Positions 22,955 through 35,668 are shown, counted from the first letter of the stretch. The stretch: 42,140 nucleotides of DNA from Octopus bimaculoides (GCF_001194135.2 NC_068988.1:49547397-49589536); one strand, 5' to 3'. The notes: generated from the letters alone by a model not told the origin. A program made the numbers and translations.

Positions 22955-23335
22955 TACTCTCTTTTAGTAGTTTCAGTTATTTGACTGCGGCCATGCTGAA
23001 GCACCGCCTTTAGTCGAGCAAATCGACCCCAGGACTCATTCTTGGAAGCCTAGTACTTATTCTATCGGTATCTTTTGCCGAACCGCTAAGTTACGGGGAT
23101 GTAAACACACCATCATCGGTTGTCAACCGATGTTGGGGACAAACACAGACAGAAACACGCGCGCACACATATATATATATATACATATACATATATACGA
23201 CGGGCTTTTTTCAGGTTCCGTCTACCAAATCCACTCACAAGGCTTTGGTCGGCCCGAGGCTATAGTAGAAGACACTTGCCCAAAGTGCCACGCAGTGGGA
23301 CTGAACCCGGATCCATGTGGTTGGTAAGCAAGTGA
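22955..23335 (-). mobile_element. Composite SINE family 2, well-preserved copy
   Basis: Module B at 22955-23155, (CA)/(TA) linker, module C at 23195-23335. Confidence 0.9.
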
Positions 23336-23414
23336 CAACAAAAGAATATTAGGTAAATAGAGGATATTTATATATTTATAATTTAGGATAATCATTAAGT
23401 TGTCATAATAGTAC

Positions 23415-23800
23415 TCAGAGTTTCAAATGCCGGAGCTAAGAGGGGTGGCGAGTCAATTACATTGGCCCCGGTGCTCAACTGATACTCATTTTAAAGTACA
23501 GCCGGAAGAACCGCCGCTAAGCATTTTCCTTGGTGTGCTAACGATTCTGCCTTCTCACCACCTTTTAATATGTAATTATTGGTATCAAATTTTGACACAA
23601 GACCAGGAAGTTCCAGGTGGTGGGTTCAGTCAATTTCATCGACCCCAGTGTTCTACTGGCACTTATTTTATCGACCCTGGAAGGATGGAGGGCAAATCCG
23701 ACCTCAGCAGAATTCGAACACAGAATGTAAAGACAGACAAGATGCCGCAAAGCATTTTATCCGGCGTGGTAACCATTTTGCCAGCTCGCCGCTATTTAAT
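23415..23800 (-). mobile_element. SINE family 1, diverged and partly duplicated
   Basis: Body tcgaccccagtgttctactggcacttattttatcgaccctggaaggatg..gaattcgaacacagaatg..ttttgccagctcgccg, plus a partial repeat at 23415-23600. Confidence 0.75.
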
Positions 23801-23999
23801 ATGTTATTACTTATAACAAAATTGCATAAATAGATTCAGATGGCTAGACGGCAAAAATAATGAGGCAACACATTTATCTACGAATTTGACTTTTGAACCA
23901 ACAAATGTGCCTCTACATATTTGTAGGAATTGATGGAAACAGCAGTCTATTCACACATAACCATCATGTCCGGGGAATGACTTTAAACTGCATCCGGTC

Positions 24000-24500
24000 G
24001 TGGAGTCCTGGTTTGGGAGATTCAGGGGTTTGAGGTGTGTGGAATCACCTCTTTGCCACTATTGTTTCCAAGTTTATTCTGACCCAAAGTAGTAGCAGCA
24101 GTCAAGGCCTCAGTTATGGGTTAAGAAGCATGGTAGAAACTCCAAGCGCAAATCCTTACTGCATTGTGCGTGCCTTGAGAAATGAAAAGGTGAGAATAAA
24201 GAAGTGGAGCCCTTCGGGCCGTCCCTTGCTCACTTTGACTCCAAGTTAGTGGGAGCTCGGCTCATCAGCCCTGTCAAGCAATTCATCTAGAAGACAACTC
24301 CAATGTAAAACCCATAGCTTGCTGACCACCGCAGTCGTTTTAACCCGCTGGGCTATTGTGACCAAATGAAAAGATCGAGATCGGATTACACGAATTAATT
24401 CTCACTTTAAAATTGCTAAGCGCGTACAAGAACAAAAGTCTAGCAGCATCAAGAACAGATTTACAGAGCCCCTTAAGGGCATCCTGATTGGTCCCCATGA
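24000..24500 (+). mobile_element. Possible RTE-clade LINE 5'UTR fragment
   Basis: ggctcatcagccctgtcaagcaattcatctagaagacaactccaatgtaaaacc resembles the recalled RTE 5'UTR block GGCTCGTCAGCCTTGG..GCAACC..TCTAGGAGAAGGAAAACTCTG..AAACC; locally GC-richer; no ORF. Confidence 0.4.
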
Positions 24501-24955
24501 ACTTCGGGTGCGAAAAACTGCCAGCAGTTTTTTTTTTTTTTCTCTAACCCTTATTGGTCACGACCCGAATGCCTTAGCTCATAGATCTACTCGACCGCAG
24601 TTGACCTCAGTTTAAATGATAACGACAACACGTGACCACCATCCCATTTCACATTCATCAGATAATTTGAACAAAATTGTCGTTTTAATCTGAACAGCAT
24701 CAACAACAACAACAACAATAATAGCGGCACCAGCTTAATGGGTTTCTTATTGTTAAGTTCTGGCCAATAAAAGAAATCGTTATTACCATTGTCGTTGTTG
24801 TTGTTGTTGTTGTTGTTGTTGATTTTGATGGTGTTATTGTCGTTGTTCTTGTTGTTATTGTTCTCCTATCAACAACAATCTAAAAAACAAGATGCAGTCA
24901 TCTAAATCGACTAAATATGAAACTGATTACCGTGTGTCTGTGCGTGCGTGTGTGT

Positions 24956-24996
<41 letters not shown>

Positions 24997-25611
24997 TCCC
25001 CCNNNNNNNNNNNNNNNNNNNNNNNNNNNNNNNNNNNNNNNNNNNNNNNNNNNNNNNNNNNNNNNNNNNNNNNNNNNNNNNNNNNNNNNNNNNNNNNNNN
25101 NNNNNNNNNNNNNNNNNNNNNNNNNNNNNNNNNNNNNNNNNNNNNNNNNNNNNNNNNNNNNNNNNNNNNNNNNNNNNNNNNNNNNNNNNNNNNNNNNNNN
25201 NNNNNNNNNNNNNNNNNNNNNNNNNNNNNNNNNNNNNNNNNNNNNNNNNNNNNNNNNNNNNNNNNNNNNNNNNNNNNNNNNNNNNNNNNNNNNNNNNNNN
25301 NNNNNNNNNNNNNNNNNNNNNNNNNNNNNNNNNNNNNNNNNNNNNNNNNNNNNNNNNNNNNNNNNNNNNNNNNNNNNNNNNNNNNNNNNNNNNNNNNNNN
25401 NNNNNNNNNNNNNNNNNATATATGTATGTATATATAAATATACATATACACACACACATATATATACATATATATGGATGTCCTATATCTGTGTTTTGTT
25501 CAGAATGTGTCTGTATATATTGAAATGTGTACACACATGTCCAATTGTTTGTGGTACGTGTATGTGTGTGCAGGCGCTTACGTACACAGACGTACAATAC
25601 GCACATGTCTA

Positions 25612-25666
<55 letters not shown>

Positions 25667-25910
25667 ATGTATGTATGTATGTAACACCCACAAAAGTGTA
25701 TGTACACTTACTGCTAAATGTACACAGACGTATTGATATTGTGTGTTGTACACATACGTGCCTCACGTGAAAAGGTCATCAAAATGAGAAGGACAATTAC
25801 AAGAATGAACAACTAGTTCAAACTATTAAGAATCAACTGCCAAGATTCTTTGTCATTGTTAAGACATCTTGGAGCCGAAGATTCCAAAATTTGTGGCGCA
25901 CATTTTTAGT

Positions 25911-25998
<88 letters not shown>

Positions 25999-26369
25999 TA
26001 TATATATATGCATATGAAACATATGCATATATATATACACAAAGACAGTTACGATTGTTTATTCAAGTACAAACATATTGTGTCTATAATGTTTAAGTAG
26101 ATTTCCTAATAACCCCTCACTAAACAAAGATCAACTGTATAAACCACAAATACAAGACACATATCTGAAAATAAGATGAGAGGCTTATTAGGCAATGGGC
26201 TCGCTGCTTTCTTCCCAGGGAAACTACATGAAAAGGGATAGCCAATTATATATACTTATATACTAAAACTCTTTACTGCCTCTGTAGTTTACTATGCGTG
26301 TGTCGGTGGGTGTACGTGTCTATTTTTGTGCTAGTGTTTGTGAGTGTATACATATCCGTTCATGTGTGT

Positions 26370-26416
<47 letters not shown>

Positions 26417-26807
26417 TGTTTATTGCTGTATCCGTGTTTACGTCTCTCTGTGTATGTGTATGTAATTACGTGTCTGTGTCTCTTTGTGTATGTGTATGTA
26501 ATTATGTGTCTGTGTTTTGCATGATTGTGTCTCTATGTCTCTTTGTGTGTGAGTCTTTATAAGTGATTAGGTATTTATACACCTATTATCTAGGCTTATG
26601 TCTGCATTTATGAATGTCGTGGTGTGTTTGTGTGGGTGTATGTATGTGTTTATGTCTGCGCTCTTATTTAACTATGTTTGAAGGTCTTTGTTTCCATGTG
26701 CATAGGTATGAATGTGTATGCATATATCTTTATGTATGTGTTTTACATGCATCTTTGTGTGTATATGTATTTATGTGTATGAGTGTACGTGTGAGTGCAA
26801 ATCTGCT

Positions 26808-26840
<33 letters not shown>

Positions 26841-27077
26841 GTGTGTGGGTATTTGGGTGTTGCTCCTCCTTGTTCCTCATACATATATTTCCCATGAAGA
26901 TTTTTTTGTCAGTCGTCACAAAGAAAAAAAATAGCTCAAACCACCTAACTAAGTGAACGTGAGCAATCTGATTTCGATTCCAGTTTGTCATTTTTCACTC
27001 CGCATTTTCTAACAGAAAAAATACAAATGTTGAAACCTTCCATTACTCATCTCTTTGTATAGCGGAAAAGAACACTC

Positions 27078-27121
27078 AACTCAGATACAAGCATAAACTC
27101 AGATACAAGCATAAACTCAGA
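27078..27121. repeat. 18-bp tandem repeat (aactcagatacaagcata, ~2.4 units)
   Basis: Direct reading. Confidence 0.9.
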
Positions 27122-27634
27122 CTAAGAAACACTAATGAAAGGAGGGTGGTGTTGGTGATGACGTTAGAAGACTGAGTTGCTGTGTAAATTTTCAGAGTTC
27201 GACTAGTAATTCACTGATCCCGGATTCAAATTCTGTTGCATCTAGTTAAATATAAGACTGACAGCAAATCATAATTCCTATTTCCATAACGACCTGAATA
27301 TTCCAGAAAATGGAAATTGAAACGTTACGCTGTTCTGCTCCTTGTGCACCAACGATGTTGCCTCCATGTGCTCTTGCAGGACATGCTAAAAATAATAACC
27401 AAATCTTCCCCAAGTAACATACTACGTAAGCGTATATTTGAGAATATAGTCAGATGTACAAATAAAATGATATGATGATCACTATATAATCATATTTATA
27501 CATACATTTATACATATTTATGTGTGCATGTTTGTGTATATATATGCATATACACGTATATGTATATGTGAGTATATATACATATACATACATGCATACT
27601 TACTTACATACATACATGCATATACATTATATCC

Positions 27635-27900
27635 AGCGAGGACGCATAGCCTAACGGTTAGGGCATTACGAAAGCGAGATCGTGTTTTCAGTTCCTAGAC
27701 CAGGTGGTGAGTTGTGTTCTTGGGCAAAACATCTCACGTTGTTCTGCGACCACTTTGACACCAGACGTGTGGTACACTGTGCACCTGTTCAGGAAACTTC
27801 GATTTTATTGCGGGGTGGGCTAATGTAAAGCTCATACATTTGATCCCTATAAAGAAATCAATTGTACAGGTCGTTCGCCAAAACCTGAACGCTCATATTT
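27635..27900 (+). mobile_element. Third tRNA-derived SINE-like element
   Basis: Head gaggacgcatagcctaacggttaggg (A-box-like), then ttttcagttcctagacc and ttgtgttcttgggcaaaaca. Confidence 0.55.
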
Positions 27901-27984
27901 CTTCGTCTTCGATGGGAGAGTCCATCATATCCAATTATGAATTAAAAATAGCCGAAGTGTTGTAAACATTATCCTCTCTTATTC

Positions 27985-28573
27985 TAGGCACAAGGCCCGA
28001 AATTACTTACTTTATCAACCCCGAAAGGATGAAAGGCAAAGTTGACCTCGGCAGAATTTGAACTCAGAACGTAGCGACAGACGAACTACCTCTCAGCATT
28101 TCGCCCGGCGTGCTAACGTTTCTTATTTCTTTATTGCCCACAAGGGGCTAAACATAGAAGGGACAAACAAGGACAGACAAATAGATTAAGTCGATTAAAT
28201 CGACCCCAGTACGCAACTGGTACTTAATTTATCAACCCCGAAAGGATGAAAGGCAACGTTGACCTCGGCAGAATTTGAGCCCAGAACGTGACGACGGACA
28301 ACACTAACGCTAAGCATTTCGCCCGGCGTGCTAACGTTTTTTATTTCTTTACTGACCACAAGGGCTATACAGAGAGGGGACAAACAAGGAAAGACAAGCA
28401 GATTAAGTCGATTATATCGATCCCAGTGCGTAACTGGTACTTATTTAATCGACCTCGAAAGGATGAAAGACAAAGTCGACCTCGGCGGAATTTGAACTCA
28501 GAACGTAGCACCAGATGAAATACCGCTAAGCATTTCGCCTGGCGTGCTAACGTTTCTGCCAGCTCACCGCCTT
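27985..28573 (-). mobile_element. SINE family 1 tandem array of 3 bodies (periods 216 and 218 bp)
   Basis: gctaacgttt at 28112, 28330 and 28546. Only the 5'-most unit has the full head; internal units have tail type 1; the last unit has tail type 2. Confidence 0.92.
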
Positions 28574-28789
28574 ATGTTATAAACATTATCGACTGATATA
28601 ATGTAGGTGTTTCGCTTGTTCACCGGAGGCTAACTGAATCGCTAGTTTATGGCTGTATCGAAATAGTGTAAGAACCATCTGCTGGTATGCCATGGCGATG
28701 CATACCGCAGTGAACTGGCGAATAAAACGCACACACTGAGTATGTGCAGTCGACAACATATATATGTATATATATTTATATGTGTGTCT

Positions 28790-28960
28790 ATGTTTATCCC
28801 CACCACCATTACTTGACAACTGATGTTCATCATAAAGCGACCGATAGAATAACTACTCGGCTTACAAAAAAATAAGTCCTGGGATCGATTTGTTCGACTA
28901 AAGGCAGTGCTCCAGCATGGCAGCAGCCAAATGACTGAAACAAGTAAAAGAATAAAAGAA

Positions 28961-28992
<32 letters not shown>

Positions 28993-29245
28993 TGTGTGTG
29001 AGTGTGTGTGTGTGTGTGTGTGTGAGTATGTGTGTGTGTGTGTCTTTACAACTATGTTTGTTCCCTATTGCTGTTTGACAACCGACGGTGGTGTGTTTAC
29101 GTTCACGTAACTTATTGATTCGGCAAAAGAGAATGATAGAATAAGTACTATGCTTAAAAAATAGTAAGTACTAAAATTCCCCAGGGCGGTGTTCCACTAT
29201 GGCCGCAGCCTAATAACTGAAACAAGTAAATGAGTGAACGAAAAG
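28790..29245 (+). mobile_element. Two tandem SINE family 2 module-B copies separated by (TG)n
   Basis: 28790-28960 and 29040-29245 both end in gactgaaacaagtaaa. Confidence 0.8.
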
Positions 29246-29721
29246 AAAGATGAAAACTCTTTTTGTATATACAAAGAGAGTGAGAGAGAGATACCAATAG
29301 ATAGACGTGTACTTAGATAGGCTATACTGAGTGTGAAGTATGTGCTTCATTGCTAATAGTTAATTTCTTGGTACTACCAAAAGGAGCTTTTCTTCTTTTT
29401 CTTTTATTATTTTTCCTATAGAAAATCATGCCATTACCAAACACTGATTTGAAATCAAAACTGCCTAGTAACTAGCATAGGTGAATTAATGCTACAACTC
29501 CCACACGATTTCATATGTGTCATATCCAACATTTCGGATATTAAAAAGAATAATGTACTAAAAGACGTAGTTAAGATATCCGAAATACATATAAAGAGAT
29601 GATATGTCACTCGGAGGTCTCTTCAAATATAAAAGAATTTTCATGACAAATAAAGTTGTTTGAGAAAGTTGACGCCATAAATGCTATCAAATTCATATAG
29701 GTATAGAATTCACACATTATA

Positions 29722-29758
<37 letters not shown>

Positions 29759-31079
29759 AGGGGTGCGGACAAAATGATATATGATGATAGGAATAGCTTC
29801 TATAAAAGTGGAACTAGCTTCCTGTCTCAGTAATACCGCCTGGGAACATTTATATGGAAAATTTCGGTTAATTAAGGAAAAGGGAATATTAAAGAATATA
29901 TAGTTGTGTGTNNNNNNNNNNNNNNNNNNNNNNNNNNNNNNNNNNNNNNNNNNNNNNNNNNNNNNNNNNNNNNNNNNNNNNNNNNNNNNNNNNNTATATA
30001 TATATATATGTGGTGTGTACACACATGCATACTTGAATGTATATGTCTTTACGTATGTATGTATATAGAAGCAACAATTTTTTCACTCGTTCCTTAGATT
30101 CTGGTTAAATTTAGGGATGGGTGTGGAGATATTCCTGTTTCAAATCTGGTTGATTGATTGTTCCCATAACTCTGAATGGAAACTTCGGGGTGGCGGTTTT
30201 TTGGCATGTTTTCAATATATGCTGGTGTTATATATCTTTTGTCCATCAATTTTTGCGGAGATCTCCGCTCGATCACAGAGAAGTAACAAAATATTCATGT
30301 TTGCACAGAAACTCCTTCCATACTGGCTGTGATTAGCTGTTCATTATGTTTGTATGAGACGTCTGTCATCTCTCACAATAACATATTTTAATGCAGAGTT
30401 TTCTTTTTCTTCTTTTTTTTTTAATCTAAGTTTTTGTTATTCATGACCTTACTGGTGATGAAGGCGGGGAAATTTCGGCAGAGTGTCGATTAGAATGCTC
30501 TGTGGTGTTTCTTCCTGCTCCTTGTGCACCGAGATCAAATCCCGCAAGAATCATTATTGCCCTTCATACCTTCTGCGTCGATAAATAAATTATAACTGAA
30601 CAAATATTGAGGCGTTCCCTGTCTTCTCACCCACCTCTTTTTCTTACTCTCTTCCCTATCTATCTCTCTATATCTATCTATCTATCTTTTGCACTTTCAT
30701 TTTCCATGTTTGGTTCCATCCGTCAAATTGTATCGTTTATAAAGTCAAATTCCCATAAAAGCATTGGGTAATCATCTTTGATCACCCCTTCATCTTTCAT
30801 TACATGATGATGTAAAGAAAGTCACTAGTCGTTGTGTGAAGAACTGATAGCACGAGAATGAAAGGACATCATTAGGTTCAATAAAGCCAAAGAGAAAGAA
30901 GAATATTTTGTTGTCAGGGAGCAGAGAGAGGAAACCCCCAAAATATCCTCCTTAATCATCAATCAATTTAACGTCATCTTTTCCATGCTTGCATTTGTTT
31001 GACGGAATTTTAGGCGAATATTCTACGGCCAGGTGTCCTTTATGTGACCAACCCTCATCCGTTTCCAAGTAAGGTAGTA

Positions 31080-31297
31080 CTGGTTTCAAATTTTTGGTAC
31101 AAGAGCAGCAAGTTCAGATGAAGGGGCTACGTCGATTATATTGACCCCAGTGCTCCACTGGTTCTTATTTTATTGACCCCAGAAGGATGAAAAGTAAAGT
31201 CGACTTCCTCAGAATTTGAACTCAGAACGTAGCAACGCTCGAAATACCGCTAAGCATTTTGCCCGGCGTGTTAAAGATTCTGTCAGATCACCGCCTT
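31080..31297 (-). mobile_element. SINE family 1 monomer
   Basis: Tail tttcaaatttttggtacaag, body tcgacttcctcagaatttgaactcagaacg, head ctgtcagatcaccgcctt. Confidence 0.88.
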
Positions 31298-31298
31298 A

Positions 31299-31363
<65 letters not shown>

Positions 31364-31379
31364 CATGATAATGATAATG

Positions 31380-31469
<90 letters not shown>
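31298..31469. repeat. Compound trinucleotide microsatellite (GAT)n-(GATAAT)n-(AAT)n
   Basis: Direct reading; produces the poly-D/N, poly-M/I and poly-H/Y pseudo-ORFs. Confidence 0.97.
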
Positions 31470-31471
31470 GA

Positions 31472-31846
31472 AACAAGAGCACTCAGAGTGCGTAAACCTC
31501 CGGTAAAGCAACACCAGCCTCCACTCAATGATTAGCCAGAAATGATTTTAAAAATGAGAATATCTGAAATAAACTCGACTGCGCTCACAAACGAGAATAC
31601 TAAAAATGAAACCGACCGCTCGCAAAAATTAAGTAAATTAAAAGAAAAGGCAAAATGATCCAGAATCCTTGTCCGGTACCGGATTGATTCCAATATCTAA
31701 TCAGTTCGTGCCAGTAACGACGCCGAACATCCCTGAAAGTTTCATCCGAATCCATCCAGTAGCTCTTGGGATATTTTGTTCACGGACAAGCAAACAAGCA
31801 AACACGACTGAGAACAATACCTCCGCCTTAGCGAAGGCGGAAGTAA
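31472..31846 (+). mobile_element. Helentron-associated (HINE/DINE-1-like) non-autonomous element
   Basis: 5' aacaagagcactcagagtgcgtaaacctccg; 3' hairpin tacctccgcc-ttagcgaa-ggcggaagta that repeats the 5' acctccg motif; (TAA)n on both sides; no TSD. Confidence 0.6.
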
Positions 31847-31861
31847 TAATAGTAATAATAA

Positions 31862-32260
31862 TAATCCTTTCTACTATTGGCACAAGGTCTGAAATTTTCG
31901 GGGAGGGGGTAATTCGATTACATTGACCCCAGTGTATCACTGGTACTTAATTTATCGAACTTGAAAGGATGAAAGGCAAAGTCGACATCGACGGAATTTG
32001 AACTCAGAACGTTGCGACGGGCGAAATACCGCTAAGCATTTCGTCCGGCGTGCTAACAATTCTGCCACCTCACCACCTTAATAATAATAATTGTTTCAAA
32101 TTTTACCACAAAGAAAGCAATTTGGAGGGAAGGGATGAGTCAATTACACCAACCCCGGTGTTCAACTGGTACTTATTTTATCGACCCCGAAAAGGATGAA
32201 AGACAAAGTCGACTTCGGCGGAATTTGAACTCAGAACTTAAAGACGGACGAAATGCTGCT
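31862..32260 (-). mobile_element. Two adjacent SINE family 1 monomers with different tails
   Basis: 31862-32080 has tail type 2; 32088-32260 has tail ttgtggtaaaatttgaaacaa and a truncated head. Confidence 0.85.
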
Positions 32261-32759
32261 CGGTACTTAGTCTCCTCAGCCTAGCAGCCCATGCTTCGTA
32301 TCTTTCTAATGTATCTAAGTATTTCAATGTTGTAACCAGTGTTTAGATATCAGTTTTGTTAGTTCATGCTTGCTTATAGTCTGCCCAAGGAAAATATATA
32401 AAGAAACATGGTCACTTAAGGTAGAGATTGGACAGAGCTAGGAGAGTCAGATAGAATACCACACGATATTCGTTCCGGTTATATGCATTCATAGTTCATA
32501 TTTCGTCACCGTCTACCTCAGTGGTGGTCTTTTTCCGTCTCTCAATTCAACATACTATTCACTGAATTGCAAGCTCTCGGAAAAGGTTTCCAGCTAGGTG
32601 GTAATTTCCTCTCACCCTCAAATTAGTTTTGGCTACTCTATAACAATCTTGCCAAGATAAAAAGAAAATTTATGTGAAAACGTGGACATATACATTTCTA
32701 CAAAATGTATATGCATATATATGTGGATATGTACATGTATGTATGCATATTTTTCAGAA

Positions 32760-33215
32760 ATGGTTTTGTAGTAAGAAACTTGCTTCCAACCACATGGTTC
32801 TGAGTTCAGTCCTGCTGCGTGGTGACTTGGGCAAGTGTCTTCTACTAGAGCCTCGGGCCGACCAAAGCCTTGTGAGTGGATTTGGTAGAAGGAAGCCGTC
32901 GTATNNNNNNNNNNNNNNNNNNNNNNNNNNNNNNNNNNNNNNNNNNNNNNNNNNNNNNNNNNATATATATATATATATATATATATATACGTTTGTATTT
33001 TTATTTGTGTTTGTCCCCACCACCATCGCTTGACAACCGATGTTGGTGTGTTTATGGCCCCGTAACCTAGCGGTTCGGCAAAAGAACACGATAGAATAAG
33101 TACTAGGCTTACAAAGAATAAGTCCTGGGGTCAATTTGTTCGACTAAAGACAGTGCTCCAGCTTGCCCGCAGTCAAATGACCGAAACATGTATAGGAATA
33201 CAAAAGAATAAAAGA
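32760..33215 (+). mobile_element. Composite SINE family 2
   Basis: Module C at 32760-32905, gap and (TA)n, module B at 32990-33215. Confidence 0.88.
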
Positions 33216-33266
33216 ATATATGGATATATATGTATGTATGTATGTACATATACATATAAATGTATG

Positions 33267-33309
<43 letters not shown>

Positions 33310-33436
33310 ATACACAAGTATATATGTATGTATAAATGTGATTCAAAAAACAGAGGAAAAGACAAGAAAAAACAACAAGAGGACGTAGCATATGTAAAGC
33401 TTTTAATAAGACGCTCAGAGAAAGAATAGAGTGGTG

Positions 33437-33471
33437 ATTTTACGTTTCGAGCATAGCTCTTATTCGGAAAC
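33437..33471 (-). ncRNA. Degenerate minimal hammerhead-like motif
   Basis: Minus strand gttt-CCGAATA-a-gagc-tat-gctc-GAAACGTA-aaat; perfect 4-bp stem II and palindromic ACGT stem III; the core has two substitutions. Confidence 0.45.
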
Positions 33472-33575
33472 AGGAAACATAGGAAAGTCCAAAGGAAAAT
33501 GAAAAAGGAAGGAGAGAAAAAATCGCCAACAGTCCACGTGTAGTTACAGTTTTGATGATTGTATAAGTATGTGAG

Positions 33576-33608
<33 letters not shown>

Positions 33609-33639
33609 ATATATAAGTAAAAGTGAATGATAGAGAAAT

Positions 33640-33670
<31 letters not shown>

Positions 33671-34095
33671 AATATATATATATACATATTTTTCTGTTTA
33701 TGGATATATACGTAAGAATATATTTATGTATGTACGTACGTATGTATATGTGTATGTTTCTATGTAGGTGTATATGTATGTATACTAAGACAGACAATAA
33801 AAAAAAACATTCATGAGAGCGGAATAGTATGCATAGCTTTCACTTCATTTATAACCACCCACCTACCATCTCACTCCTATTTTCCGCGTCACAGCCATTC
33901 TCACCCCTGCAGCCCCACAACACCCATTATCTCTCCGGTATACGCACAACCGTAACAGACACATACCCGCCCTCCACATACACACACACATACACATACA
34001 GACATATATGTACATACATGTGTGTGTGTGTGCGTGAGCATATAAATATTTATGTCTGTTTAAAAGGGTATATGTACATATGCATGCATACACAT

Positions 34096-34150
<55 letters not shown>

Positions 34151-34190
34151 NNNNNNNNNNTCCAACCACGTGCTTTCACATACCAACTTT

Positions 34191-34252
<62 letters not shown>

Positions 34253-34258
<6 letters not shown>

Positions 34259-34398
34259 CGAGCCATAACTGAAATATTTAGAACGAAGGAAGCACGAAAT
34301 GATGAAATGATCATTAAAAGACCCATTCCAGTCTTGATATAGAATTTCAATATATAAATATATACGTGCCTATACGCACACTAACATGCACACACCTA
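34253..34398 (+). repeat. Young unclassified repeat (copy of 22189-22330)
   Basis: Near-identical reverse complement of 22189-22330. Confidence 0.9.
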
Positions 34399-35501
34399 CA
34401 TACGCAGGCACACGCACATATATATATATGTATATATATATGTGTGTGTGTGTGNNNNNNNNNNNNNNNNNNNNNNNNNNNNNNNNNNNNNNNNNNNNNN
34501 NNNNNNNNNNNNNNNNNNNNNNNNNNNNNNNNNNNNNNNNNNNNNNNNNNNNNNNNNNNNNNNNNNNNNNNNNNNNNNNNNNNNNNNNNNNNNNNNNNNN
34601 NNNNNNNNNNNNNNNNNNNNNNNNNNNNNNNNNNNNNNNNNNNNNNNNNNNNNNNNNNNNNNNNNNNNNNNNNNNNNNNNNNNNNNNNNNNNNNNNNNNN
34701 NNNNNNNNNNNNNNNNNNNNNNNNNNNNNNNNNNNNNNNNNNNNNNNNNNNNNNNNNNNNNNNNNNNNNNNNNNNNNNNNNNNNNNNNNNNNNNNNNTAT
34801 ATATATATATATATATATATATTCATACATAAACATATATACATATGTGTATATATATATGCGTGTGTGTGTGTGTGTGTGTGTGTGTTATAATTGCGTT
34901 TATGTTTGTCTATAATTGTTTATCAACATATAGGTTTTTTGTTTTTTTTCCTTCTGTGTGTGAGTGTGTTGCATGTTTATACTAACATATATATTCATTG
35001 TCTGAAAGTACGACCGTCCCGTACCATTTCCACCCAGTAATCCCTCTACCAGCAATACCGAATGGGCTTCTTTGCTTCCCATCTGTAGAATAACTTGCAT
35101 GGAACATACATCAAAATGACAGACGTTCTGACAATGATGTCTTAACTTGCTAGACGTTCCAGCGAAAGGAGGTTTAATGTGTTTTTTATGAATATTTTAT
35201 TCAGTTATTGTTCTCCCTTCCATCCACCCATCCTTTATCTATATACACACACTTATATACATGTACACATACGTAAGTACTCCTCTTGCTCTTTTCTTTA
35301 TTCAAACTTCTTTTTCTTCATCTCTTTCTCTATGTCTTTCTGTTTCTCATTTGCTTATCTAAGCCAAAAGTAATTAATGGCAGCACACCACTACAACAAC
35401 CCTTGCCCAACCTTGTCCTCTTTCTCCTGGCATACACACTTGCGTACTTTGTTTCACTGTTTATATGTTTATGTAGATAGATACATTGATAGATAGTTAG
35501 T

Positions 35502-35560
<59 letters not shown>

Positions 35561-35603
35561 GCGTAAATGTATGCATACATACATGTAGATGTATATTAGT
35601 ATA

Positions 35604-35634
<31 letters not shown>

Positions 35635-35668
35635 GTGNNNNNNNNNNNNNNNNNNNNNNNNNNNNNNN

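Noticed and set aside
24215-24280. Minus-strand CTGATGAG as a hammerhead
   Set aside because: No correctly placed GAAA or GUH; it falls in the RTE-like 5'UTR block.
14464-28573. SINE arrays as CRISPR arrays, or SINE heads as tRNA genes
   Set aside because: This is eukaryotic DNA with ~217-bp units and no unique spacers. The heads have A/B-box-like motifs but no cloverleaf and run into SINE bodies.
30094-30370. Remnant of an R4/NeSL-type zinc knuckle (PDLKQEYLHTH)
   Set aside because: Similarity is too weak and needs several frameshifts; a TBLASTX search would be needed.
30803-30850. C/D-box snoRNA (ATGATGA..CTGA)
   Set aside because: Only ~45 nt long and no terminal stem.
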